Of a stretch of DNA of 32,157 nucleotides, positions 1 through 7,220 are shown piece by piece (the stretch's first letter is position 1; the number at the start of each line of letters is the position of its first letter). The position numbers and the translations under genes were made by a program. The DNA comes from a virus (lineage: Duplodnaviria > Caudoviricetes): the IMG/VR virus record IMGVR_UViG_3300002098_000107, positions 1 through 32,157 of that record. One strand, written 5' to 3'. The notes under the pieces were generated by a model. That model did not search any database, had not been told where the DNA came from, and saw only the letters and a program-made list of their open reading frames with translations.

Positions 1-39
1 GTCTGACGCACCCGAAAATTTCCTTGACCCCGCCCCCCA

Positions 40-366
40 TCAACCGGAAAAGTTTTCCCGATCAGACTTGCGCGAGTTACAAGATCGACACAACACCTGC
101 GCGTTGTCTCGAGAATTTTCTCCACCTTTGCTACGAGCCACGATGTGGTCGAGCGTGAGGTCTTTCGTTGCTCCACAGAACGTGCAGAACGGTTGGTTTG
201 CGATCATTGTTCTGCGCAGCTTCTGCCACGCTGCGTCATACCCACGACGGTGGGCGCTAGGACGAACGCGGCCTTTCTGTTTCGCTGCTCTCCACTCAGC
301 CAGATGTTCTGGGCATCGGTGCTGGGCACTCAATGATCCGCAGTCAAGACAAGGCTTTAATGGCAT
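40..366 (-). CDS. HNH endonuclease (HK97 gp74-like, packaging-associated)
   Basis: CxxC...LDHIV...GG...N.Q.LCRSCN.RK HNH motif with Zn-binding Cys; last gene before the genome end and adjacent to terminase on circularisation. Confidence 0.92.
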   Translation of the reverse strand: MPLKPCLDCGSLSAQHRCPEHLAEWRAAKQKGRVRPSAHRRGYDAAWQKLRRTMIANQPFCTFCGATKDLTLDHIVARSKGGENSRDNAQVLCRSCNSRKSDRENFSG

Positions 367-381
367 CGTGTTTACCTTCGC

Positions 382-972
382 TCACTGCTGGGACCATCGG
401 TCCTTGTCCATCTGCGCTAACTCTTGAAGCATGTACGAGTTCAGCGTGAGGTGGTTAGGTGTGAGGTGCTGGAAGTTGACGGGTACAAGAACGAGACCCC
501 CAAAATTCTTTCGGGCTTTCCAGTCCAGATCGTTGTCTCCGTACCACCAGCGGTATCCCTCATCTGGCCTGAGATCGAATGTTGTATCGATAACGAAACA
601 GGATCCAGTGATCGACATGGGATGTCCCTTGTCTGGGTTCGTGACTGTTGCTGAATAGCCTGGACTTGAGAGTGAGTATCCGTTCATGCTTGATACCAGT
701 TGTGGTATCGCTTCTTGATCCATCATCACGTCATCGTTAATGACTGCGATGTAACGCGCGCCGTTACTAATGGCGTGTTCGATTCCTTTGTTCCACCATC
801 GGTGAATGTTGATGGGCTCGAGGTCGAGGATTGTATGGCATCCGTCGGGTGCGGTGATGTCATCTCGCGTGAGGATTACCACTGTGTGGTTGCGTGGGAT
901 CCCTGTGCTGTCTATTGCTTGGGTAAGAGTGTCACGACCGGCTGTTGGTACAACCACCCAAATGTCAGACAT
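382..972 (-). CDS. Glycosyltransferase, GT-A fold (family 2-like)
   Basis: N-terminal VVVPTAGR strand, WNKG, INDD (DxD-like), TGSCF, and WWYGDNDL acceptor-side motif. Confidence 0.8.
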   Translation of the reverse strand: MSDIWVVVPTAGRDTLTQAIDSTGIPRNHTVVILTRDDITAPDGCHTILDLEPINIHRWWNKGIEHAISNGARYIAVINDDVMMDQEAIPQLVSSMNGYSLSSPGYSATVTNPDKGHPMSITGSCFVIDTTFDLRPDEGYRWWYGDNDLDWKARKNFGGLVLVPVNFQHLTPNHLTLNSYMLQELAQMDKDRWSQQ

Positions 973-1651
973 TCAGGGACCCTGCGAAAGATCGCCAGCC
1001 GTGACCCTCGAGGTTCATGTTAATGAATGGGTTCAGGCTGGTCACAGTGCAGCTGTAACGTTGCATGAGTTCTGCTTTCACGATCCGTGATTGTTGGTCG
1101 AACTGTTGCCACATCCATGAATCACCGTCATCGTTGAGGACTCCGTCTGCTTCTTCCCGGTAGTTGGGAACTCTCCCGGTTTCGTCTATGTGTCCGCAGT
1201 CGTGTCCGACCATGATGATGTTGGCGGCTCCGAGGTGTGCTGCCCAGTGCATCGCGGTTGCGATGGTTGACCAGGTGGCGATGAGTGCGTTGGGTTCGGT
1301 GGGCCAGTCAGCGGCGGTCCATTTGTCGTATGTGTTGTGGTTAGTTTCAACCACGATGAATGGGCTGTTGGCTGGCAGCTGTAGACCGAACTTGTCGCCT
1401 ACTTCACAGCGTGGTACGACGGTTGGGATGTGGGGCCACCATTCTTGGTATTCCCAAGCGTGGCGGTGATATTTGGTGACGAGGTAGTCGACGCGGTCGA
1501 GGACTTTCATTGATCCGTGGTTTGCCGATACGAGGATCTTATTGTTGAAGAATGATGCTGGGATGTGGTTGAGGCTTGGTCCTGAGCCGATGACGTAAAT
1601 GTCTTGGCCTTTGTACCGGTCGCGGTGTGCGGCTGGGTCAAGCGGTCGCAT
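965..1651 (-). CDS. DUF115/Maf-like (MptE-like, CstII sialyltransferase-like Rossmann fold) putative glycosyltransferase
   Basis: IYVIGSGPSL ... SAN ... STIATAMHWAAHLGAANIIMVGHDC pattern typical of Maf/DUF115 and GT42-like proteins; overlaps the GT2 gene. Confidence 0.72.
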   Translation of the reverse strand: MRPLDPAAHRDRYKGQDIYVIGSGPSLNHIPASFFNNKILVSANHGSMKVLDRVDYLVTKYHRHAWEYQEWWPHIPTVVPRCEVGDKFGLQLPANSPFIVVETNHNTYDKWTAADWPTEPNALIATWSTIATAMHWAAHLGAANIIMVGHDCGHIDETGRVPNYREEADGVLNDDGDSWMWQQFDQQSRIVKAELMQRYSCTVTSLNPFINMNLEGHGWRSFAGSLNV

Positions 1652-1778
1652 GTGCGCTGACTTGGTTGCGTTCTTCGAGTAGCCGGTCTACGAATGACAT
1701 CCACATGGTTCCACGTTCGTCCAGTGGTACTGAGTTGGCGTGTCCCAATGCTTCGTCTATTTCTGCGAGCGTGGGCAT
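1638..1778 (-). CDS. Small hypothetical protein, 46 aa (MPTLAEIDEALGHANSVPLDERGTMWMSFVDRLLEERNQVSAHATA)
   Basis: Translated by hand, below the track cut-off; AGGA upstream of ATG; fills the gap between tRNA and the DUF115 gene; helical amphipathic character. Confidence 0.65.
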   Translation of the reverse strand: MPTLAEIDEALGHANSVPLDERGTMWMSFVDRLLEERNQVSAHATA

Positions 1779-1809
1779 GTTGGTTGTCCTGTCGTGTCTG
1801 CAGGGTTAG

Positions 1810-1884
1810 TGGCAGGGGCAGGATTTGAACCTGCGTCCTCTTGTGCATGAGACAAGCGAGCTGACCGGACTGCTCTACCCTGCG
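1810..1884 (-). tRNA. tRNA-Met(CAT), initiator-like body with atypical anticodon arm; CCA not encoded
   Basis: CGCAGGG-TA-GAGC-AGTCCGGTCA-GCTC-G-CTTGT-CTCATGC-ACAAG-AGGAC-GCAGG-TTCAAAT-CCTGC-CCCTGCC-A folds into a full cloverleaf. Confidence 0.9.
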
Positions 1885-1939
1885 GCGTAAATAGCGAAAG
1901 CGCAGCAAGTGTGTTGGTCACAGTTGTTGCGCTGGCGCT

Positions 1940-1969
1940 AGCGTACCACAAGATGTGGACACACCGCAA
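1940..1969 (-). promoter_or_regulatory. Putative SigA-type promoter for the tRNA-GT-GT-HNH cassette
   Basis: TTGCGG-N18-TACGCT with TGn extended -10, in the gap upstream of the tRNA. Confidence 0.5.
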
Positions 1970-1979
1970 ACGAATACCA

Positions 1980-2201
1980 CTACATGTTGTGGTGGCGTGT
2001 CGCGTTTAATGCTTTGAGTTGTGTTTCGAGTCTTTGGATTCGTTGCAGGTTGGATTTGAGGGATTCGTCTAGGCGGATGATGGTGAGTAGGTCGCAGAGG
2101 CAGTCGTGGATGCAAACTCCACAGGTTGCGGTTTGTGGGTGCATGCAGAGTTCTGAGGTGTGTGGCCGGATTGCTGGGCAGTACGGGTCGTGGTGTTTCA
2201 T
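1980..2201 (-). CDS. Cys/His-rich small protein, HDPxCP family, with C-terminal coiled coil (73 aa)
   Basis: MKHHDPYCP...CGVCIHDCLCDLLTIIRLDE; start reassigned to 2201 because of an ATGA overlap with the upstream peptide. Confidence 0.7.
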   Translation of the reverse strand: MKHHDPYCPAIRPHTSELCMHPQTATCGVCIHDCLCDLLTIIRLDESLKSNLQRIQRLETQLKALNATRHHNM

Positions 2202-2284
2202 GGTTGTACTTTCCTTTTCTTCCATTTCCAGATCCATGCTTGTTGTTTCTTTGAGTATTTCCATTTGCCGTAGAACTGCTTCAT
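2198..2284 (-). CDS. 28-aa Trp/Lys-rich cationic peptide MKQFYGKWKYSKKQQAWIWKWKKRKVQP
   Basis: ATGA overlaps at both ends (2281-2284 and 2198-2201); GGAGG 5 nt upstream of the ATG. Confidence 0.6.
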   Translation of the reverse strand: MKQFYGKWKYSKKQQAWIWKWKKRKVQP

Positions 2285-2406
2285 GACTTGGCCTCCATCT
2301 TGGATCGTTCGTCTGCTCTGGCCAGTTCGATCAGGTTGCATTGTGGGCATCCTGATTTCAGCATTGACAGGTTTTTGAGTGGGCAGAGTGGGTCGTGGGT
2401 GCTCAT
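2281..2406 (-). CDS. Small HDPxCP-family protein, 41 aa (MSTHDPLCPLKNLSMLKSGCPQCNLIELARADERSKMEAKS)
   Basis: ATGA overlaps at both ends; AAGGA RBS; shares its motif with 1980-2201 and 15892-16089. Confidence 0.7.
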   Translation of the reverse strand: MSTHDPLCPLKNLSMLKSGCPQCNLIELARADERSKMEAKS

Positions 2407-2603
2407 GCTGGTTCCTTCCAGTGTGGGGTGTCGTCGTAGTTGTCTCCCCTAGCGATTACTGCTGCTCGGACACAGGGTGTGCATACGAGGCCGGGGATGG
2501 TGTGTCTGCAACTGTTGGTGATTGAGTCAGCTGCGTCGTTGCGTCCGTCGATGTAGGCGCTGTCGAGGGCTGTGGGTGTGATGGTTCTGTCTTCCATTGC
2601 CAT
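2403..2603 (-). CDS. Hypothetical protein, 66 aa (MAMEDRT...CRH...CTPC...ARG)
   Basis: TAATG overlap with the upstream gene and ATGA overlap downstream; the track's longer N-terminus overlaps a real gene. Confidence 0.65.
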   Translation of the reverse strand: MAMEDRTITPTALDSAYIDGRNDAADSITNSCRHTIPGLVCTPCVRAAVIARGDNYDDTPHWKEPA

Positions 2604-3445
2604 TAGATGCTCACTTCGAGTTTGATTTGTTGGGTGATGTCTTTGATGTTGTAGAGGAGTCCTTGTTTGCGGACTTTTCCTTTGTTGGCCCAGCGCCTGA
2701 CTGTGCGTGCGTGGACTCCTGCGAGGTGTGTGATGGCTTCGATGTCTGCCCAGCCGTCGGCTTGGTCTCCGATGGATGCGATGAGCCAGCCGAGGGTCCA
2801 GTCGCTGCCGCAGTTGTGGCAGTGGATTGGGTTGCCTTCTGTGGTGATGCGGATGGTTGCTGCACAAATGGTGTTGTCGATGATTCCTGGGCAGTGGATG
2901 CGTGTACCTATTTGGGTTGTTTCGGGGTCCCAGCGGCGCAGTGTGTTGACTGCCCTGCGTAGGTGGGAGGCGTATTCCTCGAGGTTGAAATCTTCACTGC
3001 TGGTTGCCCAGTCGGTTTGGGTGGTGAGGAATGTGGTGATTCCGGTGAGCGTTGGCAGTGTCTTGGTTGTGGTGTTGCGTTGCGCGGATGCGATCCCGTA
3101 GGCGGTGAGGTGTCGGTCTTCTCGGATGGAGCGTTCCCACATTTCGAGCATTTCGAGGATGGTCACTGCACTGCTGGGGTCGCCTTGGTTGAGTTCGATC
3201 ATTGCGAGTTCTGGGTCGCATGCGTCGAGGTTGATGGGTGGTTTGCTGCCGTAGCTGGGTGCGCCTGTTCCTGTGCCGGGTTTTGGTGGGATGGATGCTG
3301 CTGCTTGTTGTGCGTAGTGGTTGATGTCGGTGAGGAGTTGTCCGATCCATTTGGTGCAGTTGTGGCAGACGTGGCCTGTTTGGAGTGCGGTGGCTCGGTT
3401 GCGTTGTGGGCACAGGATGCAGGTGTGTGGGTGGCTGGCGATCAT
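2603..3445 (-). CDS. Zn-ribbon plus C-terminal HTH protein, probable late transcription regulator (280 aa)
   Basis: CxxC pairs at the N-terminus and before the C-terminus; C-terminal EAITHLAGVHARTVRRWANKGKV HTH; last large gene of the early operon; TAATG overlap at the start. Confidence 0.65.
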   Translation of the reverse strand: MIASHPHTCILCPQRNRATALQTGHVCHNCTKWIGQLLTDINHYAQQAAASIPPKPGTGTGAPSYGSKPPINLDACDPELAMIELNQGDPSSAVTILEMLEMWERSIREDRHLTAYGIASAQRNTTTKTLPTLTGITTFLTTQTDWATSSEDFNLEEYASHLRRAVNTLRRWDPETTQIGTRIHCPGIIDNTICAATIRITTEGNPIHCHNCGSDWTLGWLIASIGDQADGWADIEAITHLAGVHARTVRRWANKGKVRKQGLLYNIKDITQQIKLEVSI

Positions 3446-3867
3446 TAGAACGGGAACCCTTCTTTGGTTGTGGCTTGTGGCTTGTAGGTGGCGTGTGTGT
3501 GGGTGGTTGCCCAGGTGTCTGGGGCTGGGTTGTTGCAGCTGTGGGTTGCGAAGATGCGGTGTCGGTTTCCGGCTGGTGTGGATTTGATGTGCCAGTGGTC
3601 TCGGTAGTTGAGGGTTCCGTCTGTTCGGAGTTGGAGGGTTCGTCTTCCTTGAAGTAGTGCTTGGGCTTCTCCGGTTGTGGATAACTCGGTGAGGTCGCAC
3701 CATGTTTCGAGTGCGCAGTTGGGTGCGTCGAGTCCGGCTAGGCATGGAATTCCGCAGGGCCGGTGGGTGAGGATTTTGGCTTTTCTGCTGAGTCCGGTTT
3801 CTGTGAGTGCTCCTTTTGCGATGAGCATTTCTCGCATCCAGTTTGGAAGTGTGTTGGTGTTTGTCAT
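3445..3867 (-). CDS. Hypothetical protein (actinophage post-primase gene; HxxC and HxC motifs)
   Basis: Coding-like ORF coupled to the downstream gene; start at MTNTNTLP. Confidence 0.7.
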   Translation of the reverse strand: MTNTNTLPNWMREMLIAKGALTETGLSRKAKILTHRPCGIPCLAGLDAPNCALETWCDLTELSTTGEAQALLQGRRTLQLRTDGTLNYRDHWHIKSTPAGNRHRIFATHSCNNPAPDTWATTHTHATYKPQATTKEGFPF

Positions 3868-3886
3868 TTTTGGTCTGCTTGTTTGC

Positions 3887-4121
3887 ATGACAGGTATGAC
3901 GGGTTGTTTGTATTAGTTGCTATGCGCGCGCGTGTGGTGTTAACCAACCACCTGTCATACCTGTCATACCTGTCATGGGAAATGACGGGTTGTTGGTGTT
4001 TTGTGAGGGGCATGACAGGTATGACAGGTTTTCTGGATATGAATTCGTTTTTTTGTTCTGTCATACCTGTCATGGTGTTTTTGGTGTTATTCGTCATCTG
4101 TGCCGCCGAGTAATGACAGGT
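3887..4121. repeat. Iteron cluster, putative replication origin: about 11 copies of the 9-mer ATGACRGGT in both orientations
   Basis: Forward copies at 3887, 3896, 3982, 4012, 4021, 4113; reverse (ACCTGTCAT) at 3950, 3959, 3968, 4065, plus a partial at 4058; directly at the 3' end of the primase-helicase gene. Confidence 0.8.
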
Positions 4122-6546
4122 TGGTGTAGAACCTTGAGCGCATGTCTCGGCTGGATCCGATGCCGAATCGGGTTTTGATTGCGGTTCCGAAGGCTTTGAT
4201 GTTGACGGGTGTTTCGCCTTCTTGTGCGCACCAGTGTTCGTATGCGTCGCGGACTTTTCCGGCTTGAATTTTGACGTGTTCGCCGCCACCGATCAGGCAT
4301 ACGTCGTCGACGAATCTGGCGACTGTGTCTGTGGATTGTTCGTAGGTTTTGGTTGCGGTTTTGACGATTTCTGGTTCTTTGAGTCCTGACGCTGCGTAGA
4401 GGGCTGCTCCTTGTGCGAGCCAGGCCATGATTGCTGGGGCGTGTTGTTCGGTGAGTTTTTCGCGGAGTTCTGGGTCGCGTTGTTCGGGTGGGACGACGTG
4501 GGTGAATGGGACTTCGCGTAGTCGCCGCCAGAAGCTTGTTCCGCCTGATCCGACTTCTGGCCGGTGGTTGGTCATCATCACCAGCAGGTGCGATGGGGTG
4601 AAGGTGAATTCATCTTGTCGCATGAATCGGGCCTTGATGCTGTCGCCACCTGTGAGGATCTTGACCTTGGCTTCATCAAAGCGCTCGCCCTCATTGGTCT
4701 CTGACGCAATGACTAGGCGAGCACCGGCAATGGCTGCGATCTCGGTCGCGTGCTGGGTCATGCCCTGCACGAGAAACTTCTGAGGGGCAACGGTGGCATA
4801 GTCGCCAAGGATCATTTGGATGGTTTCTAGGAGGACGGTTTTGCCGTTGGCTCCTTGTCCGTAGAAGACGGGGAGGATGGCTTCTCGTACGCTGCCTACG
4901 CAGGCGTAGCCCATGAGTCGTTGGATCCAGTTGATGATTTCTGTGTCGCCTTGGAATGTGGTGTTGAGGAATGTTGTCCAGGCGGTTTGGTTGGCGGTGA
5001 AGTCTGGGGCGACTGTGGTGCTGCGTGTGTGTAGTTTGGTTGGGTCGCTTGGTTGGAGTTGTCCTGTTTTGAGGTTGATGATTCCGCCGGGGGTGTTGAG
5101 TTCCCATGGTCGTGCGTCGAGTTCGTCGATGCTGACTGCGATGCGGTAGTCGGTGGATGCGAGGGTGAGTGCGTTGGCGATTCCTGTTGCTGAGCTGCAG
5201 CGTTTCTTGTGGTTCAGTTCGGCTTGTTGTCCGTCTGGGAGTTGGCGTGCGACTGATTTGGCGAGTTCTTTGATGAATCCGCCGCCTGCTGCTTGCCATT
5301 GCCAGCGTGATCCGTCCCAGTGGAGCCAGCGTCCTCGTTCGGAGCAGTAGCGGATGCTTGCGCCGTGTTCTGCGATGAGTGCTTGGCTGAATCCGTCTTC
5401 GGACAGCATGAGGGTTGATGCGGCGATTTCTGGGTGTGTTGTGGTGTTGGTGTGGGTTTGGGTGAGGGTTTGTGTGTTTTCGTGTTGCTGGGTGGTTGTG
5501 TGGGCTGCTGTGGGTGTGATGGTGGTGTCTTGTTGTGGTTGTGTTCCGTAGCCTTGTGTGGCGAGGTCGCGTGCTGCTGCGGTGAAGTCGTTGGCGTGTT
5601 CGAGGAGTGCGTAGGCGGCGAATTTGTTGTAGGGGCGTTCTGATTCGAATTCTGTTGATGTGCTAAATACGAATAGGCGGTCGATGCCGTCGATGGATTG
5701 TCCGGTGGTTGCGCTGATGCCTGCACTGTTTTTGCCGGGTTTGCGCCATGCGTATCCGTTGCCCATGCGGTAGGCGCGTGTCCAGCCGTGTGGCTGGAGA
5801 ATGTTTTCCCACGTTTCGCGTTGGCAGTAGTCGTCTCCTGGGCGTGTTCCTGCGCGTGATCCAAGGATTTTGGATGGTTGTTGGGTTGCGAGTTCTGGGG
5901 CTTGTGGGACGGTGTCGAGGAGTTGGATGATTGACCAGAGGCGGTCGCGTTCTTCTATTTCGATGGTGGCGATGTGTGGGATTCCGCCGCTGGTGAGTTC
6001 CCAACTGTTTCCGGTTTCGTGTGTGCGTCCGAATGATGGTGCGACGACTACGAATCCGCCTTCGCCTCGTGATTCTGCGAGGAGTTGTGTTTTCTGTTTC
6101 GGGTTGTTTGCGAGTTCTTGTGGGGTTGATGGGCGGCGTGCGAGTTTCGTGTTTTTGCGTGGTGTGCCGTTGGCGATCCTGTAGAGGAGGTGGATGCCTC
6201 CTGATGGTGTGGTTTCGGTGTATCCGGCCATGATGCGGTCGAGGATTTCGGTTGCTTCGTTGTCAGCTGCGTGTTGTTTGAGTTGTTCGAGTGCGCCTTC
6301 TTGCATTGCGCGGCTTTCTAGTTCAACCATTTCTAGGTTGCTGATTTGGCCGGTGAGGACTCCGATGCCGTCGGTGTTGTTTGATCCGAACCATGCCAAT
6401 ATTTCGTTGAGTGCTGGTTTTTGGTTTTGGTATTTGGTCCACGTCGATAACTGTGGAGCCTTGCTGTTGTCGGTGCGTACTGGGAATGGGACCACTCCAG
6501 TTGCGTGCCATTGCAGGGCTGCTTCGAGTAGATCGCTGTGGTTCAT
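4087..6546 (-). CDS. Bifunctional Prim-Pol primase / D5-like (P4-family) SF3 helicase
   Basis: N-terminal Prim-Pol motifs (K.P...W, GIGVLTG, ETTPSGGIHLLY, RGEGGFVVVAPS); D5_N-like region; Walker A GQGANGKT; KILTGGD..ARFM; MMTNHRP; FWRR. Confidence 0.93.
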   Translation of the reverse strand: MNHSDLLEAALQWHATGVVPFPVRTDNSKAPQLSTWTKYQNQKPALNEILAWFGSNNTDGIGVLTGQISNLEMVELESRAMQEGALEQLKQHAADNEATEILDRIMAGYTETTPSGGIHLLYRIANGTPRKNTKLARRPSTPQELANNPKQKTQLLAESRGEGGFVVVAPSFGRTHETGNSWELTSGGIPHIATIEIEERDRLWSIIQLLDTVPQAPELATQQPSKILGSRAGTRPGDDYCQRETWENILQPHGWTRAYRMGNGYAWRKPGKNSAGISATTGQSIDGIDRLFVFSTSTEFESERPYNKFAAYALLEHANDFTAAARDLATQGYGTQPQQDTTITPTAAHTTTQQHENTQTLTQTHTNTTTHPEIAASTLMLSEDGFSQALIAEHGASIRYCSERGRWLHWDGSRWQWQAAGGGFIKELAKSVARQLPDGQQAELNHKKRCSSATGIANALTLASTDYRIAVSIDELDARPWELNTPGGIINLKTGQLQPSDPTKLHTRSTTVAPDFTANQTAWTTFLNTTFQGDTEIINWIQRLMGYACVGSVREAILPVFYGQGANGKTVLLETIQMILGDYATVAPQKFLVQGMTQHATEIAAIAGARLVIASETNEGERFDEAKVKILTGGDSIKARFMRQDEFTFTPSHLLVMMTNHRPEVGSGGTSFWRRLREVPFTHVVPPEQRDPELREKLTEQHAPAIMAWLAQGAALYAASGLKEPEIVKTATKTYEQSTDTVARFVDDVCLIGGGEHVKIQAGKVRDAYEHWCAQEGETPVNIKAFGTAIKTRFGIGSSRDMRSRFYTNLSLLGGTDDE

Positions 6547-6631
6547 GCTGTTTCCTTTTGCTAGTTGGTAAGTGCCCGCATGAGTCGTGAACTCGCGCCA
6601 CCTGGTTAGTGGGTGCGGGCTGCCGTGATGT

Positions 6632-7219
6632 TTATGCGTTGGCGTTTGCGAGTGCCTGCACTACTGCGAGCGGAAGTCCTGAACCTGCCGCTACTTGTTC
6701 AACATCGAGCCCAGCTTTGAGGAGCGCTTGCGCGGTTTCTGCTGGGTTGGCTGCCGCTGGCGCGGCTGTTTCCACCTTGGTTGCTGGCGCTTCCCCAAGC
6801 GCTGCAGCAATTCCGGTTGGTGCTGGGGTGATTTTGTATTCGAATACGCGCGGTGCTTTTGCTGTGCCGATACCGCTGACGTGTGTAGCTGTGAATACTT
6901 GCCCGACCTGTGGCTCGGTAACTCCCGCTGCTTTGCAGGCTGCTACGAGTGACTTCTTTTGTCCTGACCACAGGTTGATGGATAGTTGGCGGTTGCCTTC
7001 ATCGTCTGGGTTGATGGGGTCGCGGTAGTCGGTTGCGAGTGCGAGAACGATCTGCATTTTGGGGCTGCCGTCGTCCCACGTGTCAAGGTCGGTTGATTCG
7101 AACTTGCGTGATTGACGAAGGGTGACTTCGGTGATGGTTCCGGTGTAGCTCGTGCCGGGGGTTTCCCATTTCAAGTATTGGCCGCCGCCGCCGTTGAGTG
7201 CTTCTGCAATGAGTGACAT
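6632..7219 (-). CDS. Probable single-stranded DNA-binding protein (OB fold)
   Basis: GGGQYLKWETPG...GTI...Q...WDDGSPKMQIV pattern of actinophage SSB-like proteins; lies between exonuclease and primase. Confidence 0.65.
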   Translation of the reverse strand: MSLIAEALNGGGGQYLKWETPGTSYTGTITEVTLRQSRKFESTDLDTWDDGSPKMQIVLALATDYRDPINPDDEGNRQLSINLWSGQKKSLVAACKAAGVTEPQVGQVFTATHVSGIGTAKAPRVFEYKITPAPTGIAAALGEAPATKVETAAPAAANPAETAQALLKAGLDVEQVAAGSGLPLAVVQALANANA

Positions 7220-7220
7220 G

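Noticed and set aside
1507-1969. ORFs spanning the tRNA (1507-1908 and 1757-1969)
   Set aside because: They overlap a well-formed tRNA and its promoter and show no protein-like features
3887-4121. CRISPR array or DGR-type repeat
   Set aside because: Repeats are 9 bp, in both orientations, without regular spacers; no cas operon or reverse transcriptase in the genome
2403-6601. Many long alternative-frame ORFs (Thr/Pro/His/Arg-rich on minus, Val/Gly/Cys-rich on plus) and the N-terminal extension of 2603-3745
   Set aside because: By-products of the strong GT/CA skew, which depletes stop codons; they overlap well-supported genes and have no motifs
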